A stretch of DNA of 64,000 bases from Rhynchobatus australiae (lineage: Eukaryota), in assembly GCA_034780895.1 (NCBI GenBank), contig JAUZTB010000011.1, positions 48,051,843 through 48,115,842 of the forward strand, given 5' to 3'. The translations under genes were made by a program, and so were the position numbers. The notes beneath the pieces are model-generated. The model made no database searches. It had not been told where the DNA came from and was given only the letters and a program-made list of their open reading frames with translations. Positions within the stretch are counted from its first letter, which is position 1. Each line of letters starts with the position of its first letter. Shown here in pieces: positions 53,141 through 64,000 of this stretch.

Positions 53141-53504
53141 TGTCGCGTGGAAATATCCTCTGTAAAAACACTTACTTTACCAGATCCATTTAGTTGGAGG
53201 TTAGGTGGCAATGATCAAGCATAAATTGTGCACATAGCTCAGTATGTTTGTGTTCACACTTTAGACTGTTAATTTGGAGAGCAACCCCTTGCTTTGACTG
53301 ATCTGCTTGGCACTGAATATGTGCTACAGTTTGGTGGGAGGTGATTATGAAACTGCATAAAAAGAGAACAATGTGGTATTTTGTATGTTTAAAAGAAACA
53401 GTATGTTGGAGGTTTGAAAAATAACAACAAAATTGAACAGTCCAATGCTGAATTATCTATTTGACTTTTGTGGACACTATCAATTTTATTCATTTATTTG
53501 TTTA

Positions 53505-53835
53505 TGATTCATGAATATTGCTGGATCAGCATGTATTTGTTGACCATCCCATAATGACCCTGAACTGACTGCCTCACTAAACCATTTTACATTGGTGTAG
53601 GTTTGGAGTCACATATGGGCTGGCCTGGCTAAAAACATCCCTAAAGTATGTTAGTGAGCTAGCTGGGTTTTACAACAATCTAGTGGTTTCACATTTACCA
53701 TTACTGATTCTAGCATTTTATTCAAGATATAATCATTAGTTTAGATTCTCCAACTACCAAAGTGGGTTTCAACATCCAGATCAATTGTCCATGCCTCTGG
53801 ATGTCCAGTAATTTATCCACTGTACTACCATCCCC
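53505..53835 (-). mobile_element. Shark/ray SINE-like repeat
   Basis: catcccataatgaccctgaactga..ggtttggagtcacatatgggc..ccctaaag..ttagtga..gggttttacaacaatc..accattactga..ccagtaa..ccact.tactacc. Confidence 0.6.
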
Positions 53836-54239
53836 AAGACTGTTTCCTTACACCACACATGGCAACAAGGGATTAAGACATTCTAAATCTTATTTTTAGC
53901 ATGGGGGAATATTGGCCAGTTATGATAATGTAATTAGGATTAATTTCATTGATGTGCAAGAATACAATGAATCTAATACAGTTCCCAGATTTTAACTTCA
54001 CAAAAACAGCTGAAGGGATAGTAATAATTGATTAACCAACTCTACTAGATAAGCAATATACCCTGAGGACATACAGCTCCATTTAAATTCATAGTTAAAC
54101 AGAGCAAAGCCACATGGGTCCCAATGGTTAAAAGGACATATTTGAACAAAACCACAATGGATGATCAGGACTGCACAGAGGCAATTTGGATTGAAACCAA
54201 AGGCTCTTGACACATTTACGGTATTCAACTCATGGGAGA

Positions 54240-55720
54240 ACAGAGGAAAGCACTGGACAAAATAAGAAAGATGTAAGGATCGCTGGGTGCGTAATTATGC
54301 CACTAATGGTGAAAGGTGTATTTGCTTTGTTGGAAGTTAAAGACTAATAAGGATATTACAGAATCTTTGAAGACATTGTTGGATGGAAGCAAAAATTCTC
54401 CAGTTATGGCAGACCTGCTAACTACTTTGCATCAATCTGTACTCCTGTAGATGATTCTTATGTTCCAGATGATAGATATTGAATACCATTCTTAATCTTA
54501 ACAGATTAGATTAGGAAAGATCAATCCTAATGGGATTCCTAGTCTAGAAATATCCATCTAAAAGTGCTCAAGGAGATGAAATAGTTACTCTGTGAGTTCT
54601 TTCCCATATCTTTATTAGTTCAATAAATCCAGGGTAGCTTTGTGAGAATGGAAACTTGTTTAGTTCTGACTTTAAAAAAGAGTACAAGTTGGAGCCAGCA
54701 AACTACAGGTCTGTCAGCTTGAAACCAATCAATGCAACAAGGGATTTAATGGATGCCCTTCATGATCACTGTGAAAAGAACTTGACCATTGGAAGGCTGT
54801 AATGTTTCCAAAGAAAAGGTGCATCTGGTGTACCCTTATGGGTGCACTACATGGCTGAGCAGAGGTTTACCAATGACTACTTCTGTCCTAGGGCTGCCAA
54901 TGCAAACCAGCAGCAGCCAAGGTCTTACTGAATGGACTGCACATTTCTTACAAAACAAAAAAGTGTCATCTGGGGCTGTGGCTGGTCTGGGAGGGTATTA
55001 TGTCGAGGCTACTCATGGGCAGGGGCATATGGATGGAGGTGTCTGGAGAACAGAAAGTTAAACACGAGATTTAACTCCAGCATTGTACTATGAAGACCTA
55101 GTTACCTGAGGAGTGTCCAATGACAGTCTGATTCCCCTGACTGCTTTATAAGGACCACTGAAAGGGCAAGGATATAATTTGACGTGCATTTGATGCAGAA
55201 ATTGCATCCAACTCACAAGCATGACTCATGCTTGCAAGTGGCTGGTTGAATTTCCAAAATGACATGGAACAATCTGGAAACAATCATTCATATGTTTCAC
55301 TCTGTGGATAGGACATTTCCAATCACATATCAGTGAAATAACCAGTGTTATGCTTAGTGCCTAACAAATATAGTAGGTTTCTTTTAGGAAGCCAACAGGA
55401 TAGTGGATGACAGAAATCCAGTAAACATCGTGTATCTGAAGTTTGAGGAAGCCTTTGATAAGTCATTCACACAAGATTGCATCTTCTTGTATCAGTAAAA
55501 GTTTGAAATGTGGGATTAGAAATTGCCTCATATCCTGCAGCCAAAATGTTGTTGTTCATGGATGCAGCCCAGCTTGGAGACGCAGCACTGCTGGTGTATC
55601 CCAGTGATCGATCATGCCTCATTTACTCTTCATTGCCTTGATTAATGATCTAGATAGTGATGTTGGGCATTTGGAAATAAACTTGCATTTGACAACAAAA
55701 CCTGTGGATCCCGGGTAACA
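54240..55720 (+). mobile_element. Decayed CR1 ORF2 (RT) fragment with an internal unrelated segment
   Basis: NYRSVSL (aactacaggtctgtcagcttg, about 54701), VNIVYLKFEEAFDK (about 55421; cf. VDVVYLDFQKAFDK), AGVSQ*S (cf. SGVPQGS) and LINDLD. Confidence 0.7.
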
Positions 55721-56261
55721 GTAGAAAAAGCAGGAATAGGCCATTTGATTTTTCAAGCCTGCTCTTCCATGAATAAGATTCATTTTCTTTTCCACCTCAA
55801 TTTCACCTTCCCACATTTTTGCCTAGTCCATAAGGTCTTGACTATACTGTCAGACTAAGATTTACACCTCTCCCTGTTAAGAAACTTCTCTTCATTACAG
55901 TTCCTTGTGGCTGACCCCAAACTCTGAGATGGTGACCTTAGTTCCGAAAGCAACACAGTCATAAGAATCTGCCCAGAAATGACCAGGACTGTACACACTT
56001 CAATATGAGCTCTTATTCTTAAAATTCTAGGGAAGGTCTGACTAGTCTAATCAATCCCTCCTCAGAAAGCAATGCACACTCATGCCCTGGGCACAATTCC
56101 TAGTATTCAATCTGATGAATCTTCCGATAGATTCTTCCTTAATTAATAGTCTCAGCAAGGCCTTATATTTACTCTTCTTTATGCTAAACAATTCCTAATT
56201 GTAGGCAGCCTGTTATCGATGTCAATTAGCTTTCCGTGATTCATCTACAAGGGTGGAATGC

Positions 56262-56520
56262 TGGTCCAACAGGTAGAGATGTTGCTTCACAGCTCCACGG
56301 CCTCAAGTTCAATCCTGACCTCAGAGGCTGTCTGTATGGAATTTGCAAGTTCTTCTGTGATTCCATAGGTGTCCAGCATGTATTCTGGATTCATCCTGCA
56401 TCCCAAAGTGGGTTAATTGGATATTGTAAATTGCACTTTAGTTTTGGTCTATGGCAAAAAAGAATCAGAGAGGAGTTGATGGACATGTATGACAGAATAG
56501 ATGCATGGGTACTACTAAAT
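56262..56520 (+). mobile_element. tRNA-derived SINE (HE1/V-SINE type), within antisense CR1 remnants (about 55720-56950)
   Basis: ggtagagatgttgcttcacagctcca..aagttcaatcctgacctcagaggctgtctgtatggaatttgca..tgtaaattgc. Confidence 0.7.
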
Positions 56521-57329
56521 TAGGAAATACTTTCACAGTCAATTTTCCTGTTTGTTTCTATTTTCTCTCGTTCTATTTCCTCTTTTATCAATTTCCCAGT
56601 TATCCCATGCTGAATTCTAAAAGACCTCCCAATCTTCAGGATAACTACACATTTTGGCAATGTTATAAGCTTATTCCTATAATCTAAAAATATCTTTGAC
56701 TTTAGCCACAGTTGGACTACCTTCCTCCTTGGATTTTAATCCTTTAATGCAATGTGTATGTATTGCATACTCTGAATTTTTTTTTAATCTACTACATCTA
56801 AACTTGTTTCTCAATCTTCTATACTGAATCATTCTTATAATTAGTTGTCTTGTAGATTTCAGACCCTAGATTTACATGCAACTATATCACTTTCAAACTC
56901 CATAGGAAATTCTATTATGAAATGCACTGATCATATTGTAATATAAGTTCTTTAAAGGCAAGATAATTAACCCACTCTGTTCCCTTGTTGGTTCCCCAGC
57001 ACAGTAACATTAAAGGAACTCTTGAAAGCTTCACCCAAACTGATTGTAAGACAAAACTATAAACACTGAAAGAAAGCTGGTCCTGTTCATAGCTCATTGA
57101 AGATTCATAGGTAATGTAGAAAATCATAACTGAAACCAACAAACTATTAGCCTCTTGCAAGATTCGTTCAGTACAAATCCAAGCATATCATTTTGATGTT
57201 ATAAACATTGGTATTCAGATTACTTCAGCACTTAACCCAGATTTGGCTATTTTACACAGTGAGTGACTTAAAGGTCTCAGCAAAGGTCCATAAGAAAGCT
57301 GGAATCTCCAGATTTACGGAAAATAACTT

Positions 57330-57830
57330 CTCAAGATCTATAAATTAATTAAAGAGCAGGATAGAGTCCTTATTGGTGATTACTACCGAGCAGTATATTG
57401 GAGAGGTCCAGGGAACACAAGCTTAAATTATGTAAGAGGAGGAATAAACTGGATGTTGGAACTCTTCCTGTCCAGGGAATTGAGAGCCAACAGAATATAT
57501 CATTACCAGGTGTGGTGGGTGTTGACTCTCCTCTGGCTTTAAAAGGGAACAGGACTGATTCCGACTGGAACAAAGCGTAAATAATTTACAATGCAAGTGC
57601 AATTAAAAGGTGACACCTAGTTAATGTTCACTCAATGTGTTCTAAAAGCAATTTTATTAAGTATTTTTTTTATCCTTATTAGTCCTGTGATTTGTTTTCT
57701 TTTAGATTCACTCAGATTACGTGGCAGGAGAGGTGAGTAAGAGCTGGGTGAAGAGATCAGGTGAGAGATTAATTGTTTAGCAAATAACAGCTGTCCAGGA
57801 TGACTTGGATGGTCTTAATGGACCAGCTTT
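57330..57830 (+). mobile_element. CR1 3' fragment
   Basis: gaggtccagggaacacaagcttaaa..tggaactcttc..gtggcagga.aggtgagt..gaagagatcag..gatggtcttaatggacc. Confidence 0.5.
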
Positions 57831-58674
57831 TCTTTTTTAGCTGTCAATTTTAAATATTTGCACAGTGGAAATCTGGAGCTTGGCCAGTGAATAAAATTCA
57901 CTATGGAATTGCAAATCCTTCCCTTCTTTCCAGACAGTCAACACTCTTTTGAATCTGCTCTTTACTTTCTGCGCTCGAAGGTTAACAACTACATATGCTC
58001 CAGTTGACCAATCCTTCACTTCTGGAACAATTCTGGCAAATTTCTTTTATGTCTTTCTCTTACACCCTTCATAGATTGTGGTGCCCAAAATTGGCTACAA
58101 TACTCCAGCCGGGACCAACCTCATGTTTTATTTACATATAAACCACAAGTTATCCAAAGCTAAACTGCCAACATCATATCCTGCAATTACTTGCAAATGG
58201 AGATTCCCCCAGGTATTTCAGGACTGGTAAATAGCCCCATTAAAACTTCAACATCACTGAATGTTTAAAAATTCTTAAAATCTTTAATATTACAATAAAA
58301 GCCTTTAATGGAATAATTATTTAAATTCCAAGCAATGACTTTTAAATTGTTGCAATAGTGGATCTGGCACAGTAAGATCATGATGCACTCAAACCATTGC
58401 AACATTAATACCCATGATAAGCATCAGCCTGCCTGTTGACAGGACATGCATTCATTTTGTGATGAAGGTATCTCATGTGATGGAGGTATCTGTGAACAAT
58501 ATACATTATTCTCATCAGCCACTACTGCACACCTGTTATTTAAGCAGCTGTAAGTTGACCATTATCAGCAGGTAATTTGACAAACATGTTGCTAGATTCA
58601 AAATAAAAGAAGGAACAAAATGTAAAGTTTATTTCATTGATACCCTCAGACATTTGCAAAAGGCTAACTCGTAC

Positions 58675-60129
58675 CTGTCGATGTTGGGACAGAGGATACT
58701 GCAATGCTGAAGGCTGTTGGCTTTGTTGCATCTTCGGCAGCAGCATCTTTTGTTGCAATGCAATTGGTATCTGTGCCCGCTGGATTGCTTGACTTTGGAG
58801 GTGACCTGATGGTGGAGCAGGCTGCTGCTGTACTGGTGCCGAAGGCTGCTGCTGCTGTGTATAATGTAAGACAGAAGGCTTGGTCTGAGTACCCAGGATT
58901 GAAGGGATCTGGCCTGGCTCTGGATCAAAATGAGACAAGGGCTTGGTGTTACTGTATGACAGTTGGTCTGGTGATGCAGAATTGGTATTCATCAAGCTGC
59001 GACTTATACTGTGTGTCTGTTGTTGCTGCTGGTGAATTATCATGTCCATGTGGCCAGTCTGTGTGGCGGTTGGAGTCTTATAGAGGCAGTTATTCATGTT
59101 TTTTGTCTGACTGCTGTTGGTGGACACACCAGTGAGCAGAGAATTTGGGGAGCTAAAAGGCTGCTGGTGGAGGGAGGGACTGGGTATTTTCTCCTGGCCA
59201 AAATTTCCTGACGAAGGACCTGATTGTGGAGCAGGTGGCCAACTAGCTGCCTGNNNNNNNNNNNNNNNNNNNNNNNNNNNNNNNNNNNNNNNNNNNNNNN
59301 NNNNNNNNNNNNNNNNNNNNNNNNNNNNNNNNNNNNNNCAATTGGACAGGCCTCTGTTTGGTGCAGAAGGTAAAGATTGCTGTGGTTGGTTTTGACTTTG
59401 AGCTGCAGAGGAGATGGGCGAAGGAACAGACATGGCTGTATTCGCCATGGAATAGGGGGGCCCTGTGGAAGGAGGCCGCATTTGGGGTGACCCTACTGAC
59501 GCCTGGGTAAAACCAGGTGAGTATTCAGTTTTTACTGTTGGATTGTCCAACTGTGAATGCGGCTTTGGTGTACTGCTCTGGTTTTGCTGACCAATGTCTA
59601 TGTTGAATGATTCTTCATTTCTAATGCTGGGGTTTAGCATGTTGTCCAGATCAATATCACTCAACGGGGGAACACCAGACATGTTTGTCAATTCATCAAA
59701 TAAATCTTGCAAATCCGGATCAAGCAGCTGCATTCCTAGATCATCTTTGGATTCAAACAGCATGTTGTTGTTCGAAATTTGGTTGTTTAAATGCTCGCTG
59801 CATGAAACACTCTCTGCTGGCTCCTGTTTCATCTCCTTGTTGAGTGGCAAGCTGAAGCCAGAACTGGCATCGCCACCATTGGCTTGGGTGGTTCCAATCA
59901 AGCTCCCATCTTTTCCTGGAGTTCCAGGTCCCATTGTGACTGAACCCTGCAGGGTTTGACCTTGTCCATTACTGAGCTGGTGTCCACTTTGGCCAATTGC
60001 AAGACCACCTTCATCCACTCTTATCCTCTTAATATCCATTTGGAAAGCCCCATCAGAAATGCCATTTGGTCTATCATTGCTGACAGGTGAAGCATTTCCT
60101 TCCAGCTTTCTCTTGATGGAGCCCTGTAA
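58675..60129 (-). CDS. MAML2: MAML2 (mastermind-like 2) internal coding exon 2, 485 codons, phase 0/0
   Basis: The translation LQGSIKRKLEG..DIKRIRV..KQEP..QLLDPDLQDLFDELTNMS.VPPLSDIDLDNMLN..FNIDIGQQ..KTEYSPG..GSPQMRPPS..FGQEKIPSPS..NTKPLSHF..KPSVLHYTQQQQ is colinear with vertebrate MAML2 exon 2 as I recall it (LQGSLKRK..LMDPELQELFNELTNIS..FGQEKIPSPS) and fits MAML3 less well. Acceptor tttcttttcAG|TTA at 60131-60130; donor CAG|GTacga at 58674-58673. An 85-N run (59254-59338) keeps the frame. Confidence 0.95.
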
Positions 60130-61047
60130 CTGAAAAGAAAGAAAATTCATTAACATTTATTTTAGCTGTGGTAACATTTATCAACCCTCCCTGAAAAAGA
60201 GCAAATCCTACCAAAAATTTACCTTAACTACATGTGCCACAATTTGATATATCACACTGGGATCTCAGCCACTGGAACATGAGGAGTTGGTGAGCCAGCA
60301 CCTCATTTTCCTGGTTGCCATGGATACCTATGCCAACATGGTTGCACCTTTGGCATCCTTCTGCTAACAGACTGAAGATCCATTACCTGCTAGCCATCCA
60401 TCATCCAATACTGGCCCCTATTTTAAAGGGAGGGATTATTCCAAACTTGGAGTGGAACTAACACACTGATGAAGGATACATGCTGGGTTATAGGCTGGTA
60501 CACATCACTGCTCAGCATAGTAGCCTTCAATAAAATGCCAGATCCCTTCCAAACTGTTGAACTAGGAAGTACCAGCAAGAGACTCTCCTACTCCTTGTAG
60601 TCTAAGGCTTTAAATAGCTCAGTAGGTCGAGGTATTTATGTCCTTGAAGCAATGTTAGATACTATCAGTTGATTACACAGTGTTGAAAAACTTAAGGCTT
60701 CTTAAAAGCCTCTTTAAGGTTTGAAGAAGCATTCCTCCAACACCACCCTCTTAAATTTTTCCTGGGCACTGGCATGAATAACTACAGGAAGGTGGAAAAA
60801 AATCAGGCAACACGAGCTTATTGCCACCCCAAGTTATCACTACCATTCCTGGTGGCAGGCCTACATCCAATTGTGTTCTATTGGACCATATTTTGAAGTG
60901 CTCTCTCTTGAGATGATGCTTGAAAAGACAACAGCAATAATTGCACTACTGGCCTGATTGAGTAGATCAAGAGTACACTGCACAGAAGTATATTTCCATT
61001 ATTTCCTCTACTCAAATATCACTCAGCAATAGAATCAAGCATCTCTC

Positions 61048-61052
<5 letters not shown>

Positions 61053-61098
<46 letters not shown>
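61053..61098. repeat. (CA)23 microsatellite preceded by a short (TC) run
   Basis: Seen directly. Confidence 0.95.
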
Positions 61099-61099
<1 letters not shown>

Positions 61100-61164
61100 C
61101 AAACTGCATCCATTCTGAGGTCCTACAGGCTATTTAAACTGGACACCTCATCTTATACTTCCAT

Positions 61165-61470
61165 GCAACATAGAACAAGGCCATGCAGCCCATCAGGTTT
61201 GTGGGCTCTCACAGTCATCCCATTAACCCCATTTCCCTATTTTTGTAACCTACTCTCTCTCATCTGCACATTGACTCCTCAACTACTTCCACTTGGGGTA
61301 ATTTACAGGAGACAATTGACTACAAGCATGTCTCTGGGAGGAAACAAGGGCACTCGGGAAACCATTTAGTCACAGGGAGAATGTGCACACTCCATACAGA
61401 CAGCACTGGAGGTCAGGATTGAGCCCAAGTTACTGGGGCTGTGAGACTAACTGCAGTGCCTCATTCTGCC
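61165..61470 (-). mobile_element. tRNA-derived SINE (HE1/V-SINE type)
   Basis: gtcacagggagaatgtgcacactccatacagacagcactggaggtcaggattgagcccaag..ggggctgtgag is the reverse complement of the 50438/52795/56262 family head. Confidence 0.8.
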
Positions 61471-64000
61471 ACTTCGCTTGCAATGCCAGATGTAGGGCAT
61501 TTGTAGGATGGGGGAGTGTGCAAGATGCTACATGGGCAGTGCCAGAGGCCAAAGTCTAGTTGCACCACTGGATAGAAATTGAATTAACTCTCTGTAAGGG
61601 TCATATTTTAAAAATCTAACCCCTAAGATTTAAAAAAAGACCTTTTTTGATTGTGCTGAAATTTTTGAAAATAGTCTGCTCCAGTCGACTAGGGGGGGCC
61701 TTCTTTCTCTGCTTTCAGCTGTGAAGTTTTGACACTTTCACTTTATCTTCATCTGTCTAGTAAATGTATTCTTGCCTGCTTAAGAATGAAACAGTGCAGA
61801 AATATTGTCTGTAAAATCCCAACAGACCAGAAGTATGCCATTTCCTCAGGTACTGATCCCAACAAAATCTATGGGAAAAGTGGAAGGGTACCTGTTTTAT
61901 ACCTGTGCCTCCATCAAGAGCTCTTGGGGTTCCTGCTAATTCCATGCTGCCAGTTGTCTCAGCATCTGTCTGCCATTCAGATGCATGGGCATGGGGTGCT
62001 GGGAGATAGTTGCTTCTGTTTCTTATCAAGGTGGCCAGTACTTAATTATATCCCTCTTTCCAGGACTAGGTCATTAACGCTATAGAACCCACTTCAATAA
62101 GTAAACAAACACAAATTAACGGGGTTGTTCACAATTATTGTGGCAAAATGGATANNNNNNNNNNNNNNGGTTTACAAAGCCAGGCAGAAAAATGGCTGAT
62201 TTTTTATTGTTTACTTATAAGACAGTTGTTTCAATTGAGTAAGCAAACTGTTAGGAATAACGCCAGTAATGAAATCATAACCTAGCAAGAATTATATATA
62301 CAGCAAAGTATCCTCCAGATGTTCAAATGAATGCCTCAATAATCAAGCAACTATTTATTCTTTTTTTTGCAATTATTAGTATTTTGCAAGAATTACACTT
62401 GGGGACAGTACAAGANNNNNNNNNNNNNNNNNNNNNNNNNNNNGCAGGATTGTACATTGAATATTTTTGACTTCACACTAATTCTTTGCTGGTGCAATCT
62501 GGGTTTAACAATACATATAAAAGTATGTTAATTACTGAAAACAAACATAATAATCACAAGGTACATTTTTATTGAAAAGAATAATTTCATTTTTTTCACA
62601 AGAGAATGGCCAGGTAACAATAGCAACTCTCCCAGTGTAGCTGATGTTTGTAGAAGGCTTTTTCTCTGCCCCACACACCATCAGATTAGACAATTTGAAG
62701 ATCTATTACAACTGGCATTGGGAAGCTTGGCTGAGCAAAGGAACTATGTACCTCAAAGAAAGAATTGTGTAACTGGAAATAAAAAAAGCTTATAGTATCT
62801 CTAATTTGTAATGCTAATTTAGAACTAGTTTATTATAAAGCAATAATATACACAAAATCCGCTTAATAAATTGCTGTGACATAACATGTTACTAAGGCAT
62901 ACAAGTTGCACATTTATAACATTGATGCTGACCCCATTTTATGTGATTTATAATCTCGGATGAGCCCTGTGTTTGGTAATAAAGGAACAAACTTATCTGT
63001 TGCAGACTATTAAACTCAACATTCAGGAGTAACTACCACATAGTCCTTGCAAACTTAAAATCTCATCTCTATAGTGGAACATCACGTTGATAGTGGGATG
63101 GACTAAGGACTGATCTAGCAGATCAAAACTGAGCTTCCAATTCTAATTTGCAACCACGAGCAGCAGTAGGAAATGAATACCACTATATTCTATAGCCATG
63201 CATTCCAATACACTGTTTATTTCTCTATTACCACCATCAGAAGATTAATAGCGCTACCTCATCATATTTTCATGAAACGAGTGAAGCCAAAACACAATCT
63301 ACCTGGAAGGGTATGCTATATAGAGCGAGGTTAGTAGCCCCACAATTCAGGAAAAATTTCTAGTTCAACCAAACCAAGCAGAAGGCAGTGGTGGACAATC
63401 ATTACTACTAATGGTCTGTATGATCAGTCAGGATGAAGCATTGCACATCAGGATTGCAAGATAGTTAATTAACTTCAGCTAAGTCTCACTCACAAAGTGC
63501 TTTTCCCACTGTCTAAAGTGCCAGTTTCTAAAAAAATTATAGCCCTGTGACAGATAGTAAACTGTGTATGCACTGGACACAGCTGAAGTTGTCAGGCTGC
63601 TGACCAAGGCATCACAGCATGATTGTTCTGCTGCAGCTACGGTGCTGGTGACTACCCAACAAAGTTAAAGATTGCTCAGCTCTGTTCTTCTCATGAAAGA
63701 TCAAATAAATCTAACCCAGCAACTCCCAGACTCAGCAGGCTTACTATGCAGAACTTTGGCTCAGTGTCTGCTGAAATGCAAGTCATTACAAATCCAAAAT
63801 AGGGAGCATTTGTATGCTACCAGAGACAAATGCTTGAAAACCAATGAAGGTTCCTTGGGCACACTCCATGACACTTGTTGGCCAGGTTTTTATGCTCATG
63901 GGGAAGAACTTTGTAGAACAACTTGTTATTAACAATATGTTTGATATCTTGGCCGACATTTTGAATATCTATATTGAATTGAAGTTTGTTAATATTGCCT

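Larger units (their letters stand above)
1..58674 (-). other. MAML2: Probable MAML2 intron 2 (continues beyond window start)
   Basis: Lies downstream of the exon 2 GT donor on the minus strand. No exon-3-like Q-rich coding segment was recognised. MAML genes are known for very large introns. Confidence 0.7.
60130..64000 (-). other. MAML2: 3' end of MAML2 intron 1
   Basis: Upstream of the polypyrimidine tract and AG acceptor of exon 2. The exon 1 basic (Notch/CSL-binding) domain is not in the window. Confidence 0.8.

Noticed and set aside
5193-55815. CSL/RBPJ sites (GTGGGAA/TTCCCAC) as Notch autoregulation
   Set aside because: About a dozen scattered hits, close to chance for a 7-mer on both strands of 64 kb; several are in repeats and I saw no paired head-to-head site.
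1-58674. MAML2 exon 3 or another host gene in the intron
   Set aside because: No ORF or splice-bounded segment resembled exon 3 or a known host protein. The short ORFs map to repeats or look random. A small divergent exon could have been missed by eye.
58704-59959. Plus-strand ORFs overlapping the exon (143, 66, 92, 121 aa)
   Set aside because: They are antisense shadows of a Gln/Ser/Pro-rich coding exon.
58540-60156. Treating the whole 538-aa ORF as a single-exon gene
   Set aside because: The first 9 and last 44 residues lie outside the AG/GT splice sites, and MAML2 similarity begins at LQGS.

Overview
Eukaryotic, AT-rich, CpG-depleted vertebrate DNA. The repeat landscape (Penelope-like elements, Rex1/Babar, CR1, L2 and RTE LINEs, HE1/V-type and Deu-type SINEs) points to a cartilaginous fish, probably a ray; this is inferred from repeats only. 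The only host coding sequence I can support is the 1455-nt exon 2 of MAML2 (mastermind-like 2, Notch co-activator) on the minus strand at 58675-60129, with canonical AG/GT boundaries, both phase 0. Bases 60130-64000 are then the 3' end of intron 1 and 1-58674 most likely intron 2, since I recognised no exon 3. The intron is filled with decayed transposons, including a near full-length, frameshifted Rex1/Babar LINE (about 42640-45810), a Gypsy gag/pol relic, a Tigger-like MITE and many SINEs. I found no novel multi-gene system. The best leads are a Penelope-derived minimal hammerhead ribozyme motif on the MAML2 sense strand (28078-28113), a pre-miRNA-sized hairpin (32291-32380) and candidate intronic enhancers. 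Repeat boundaries are approximate and were read by eye; family names come from remembered motifs, not database searches.
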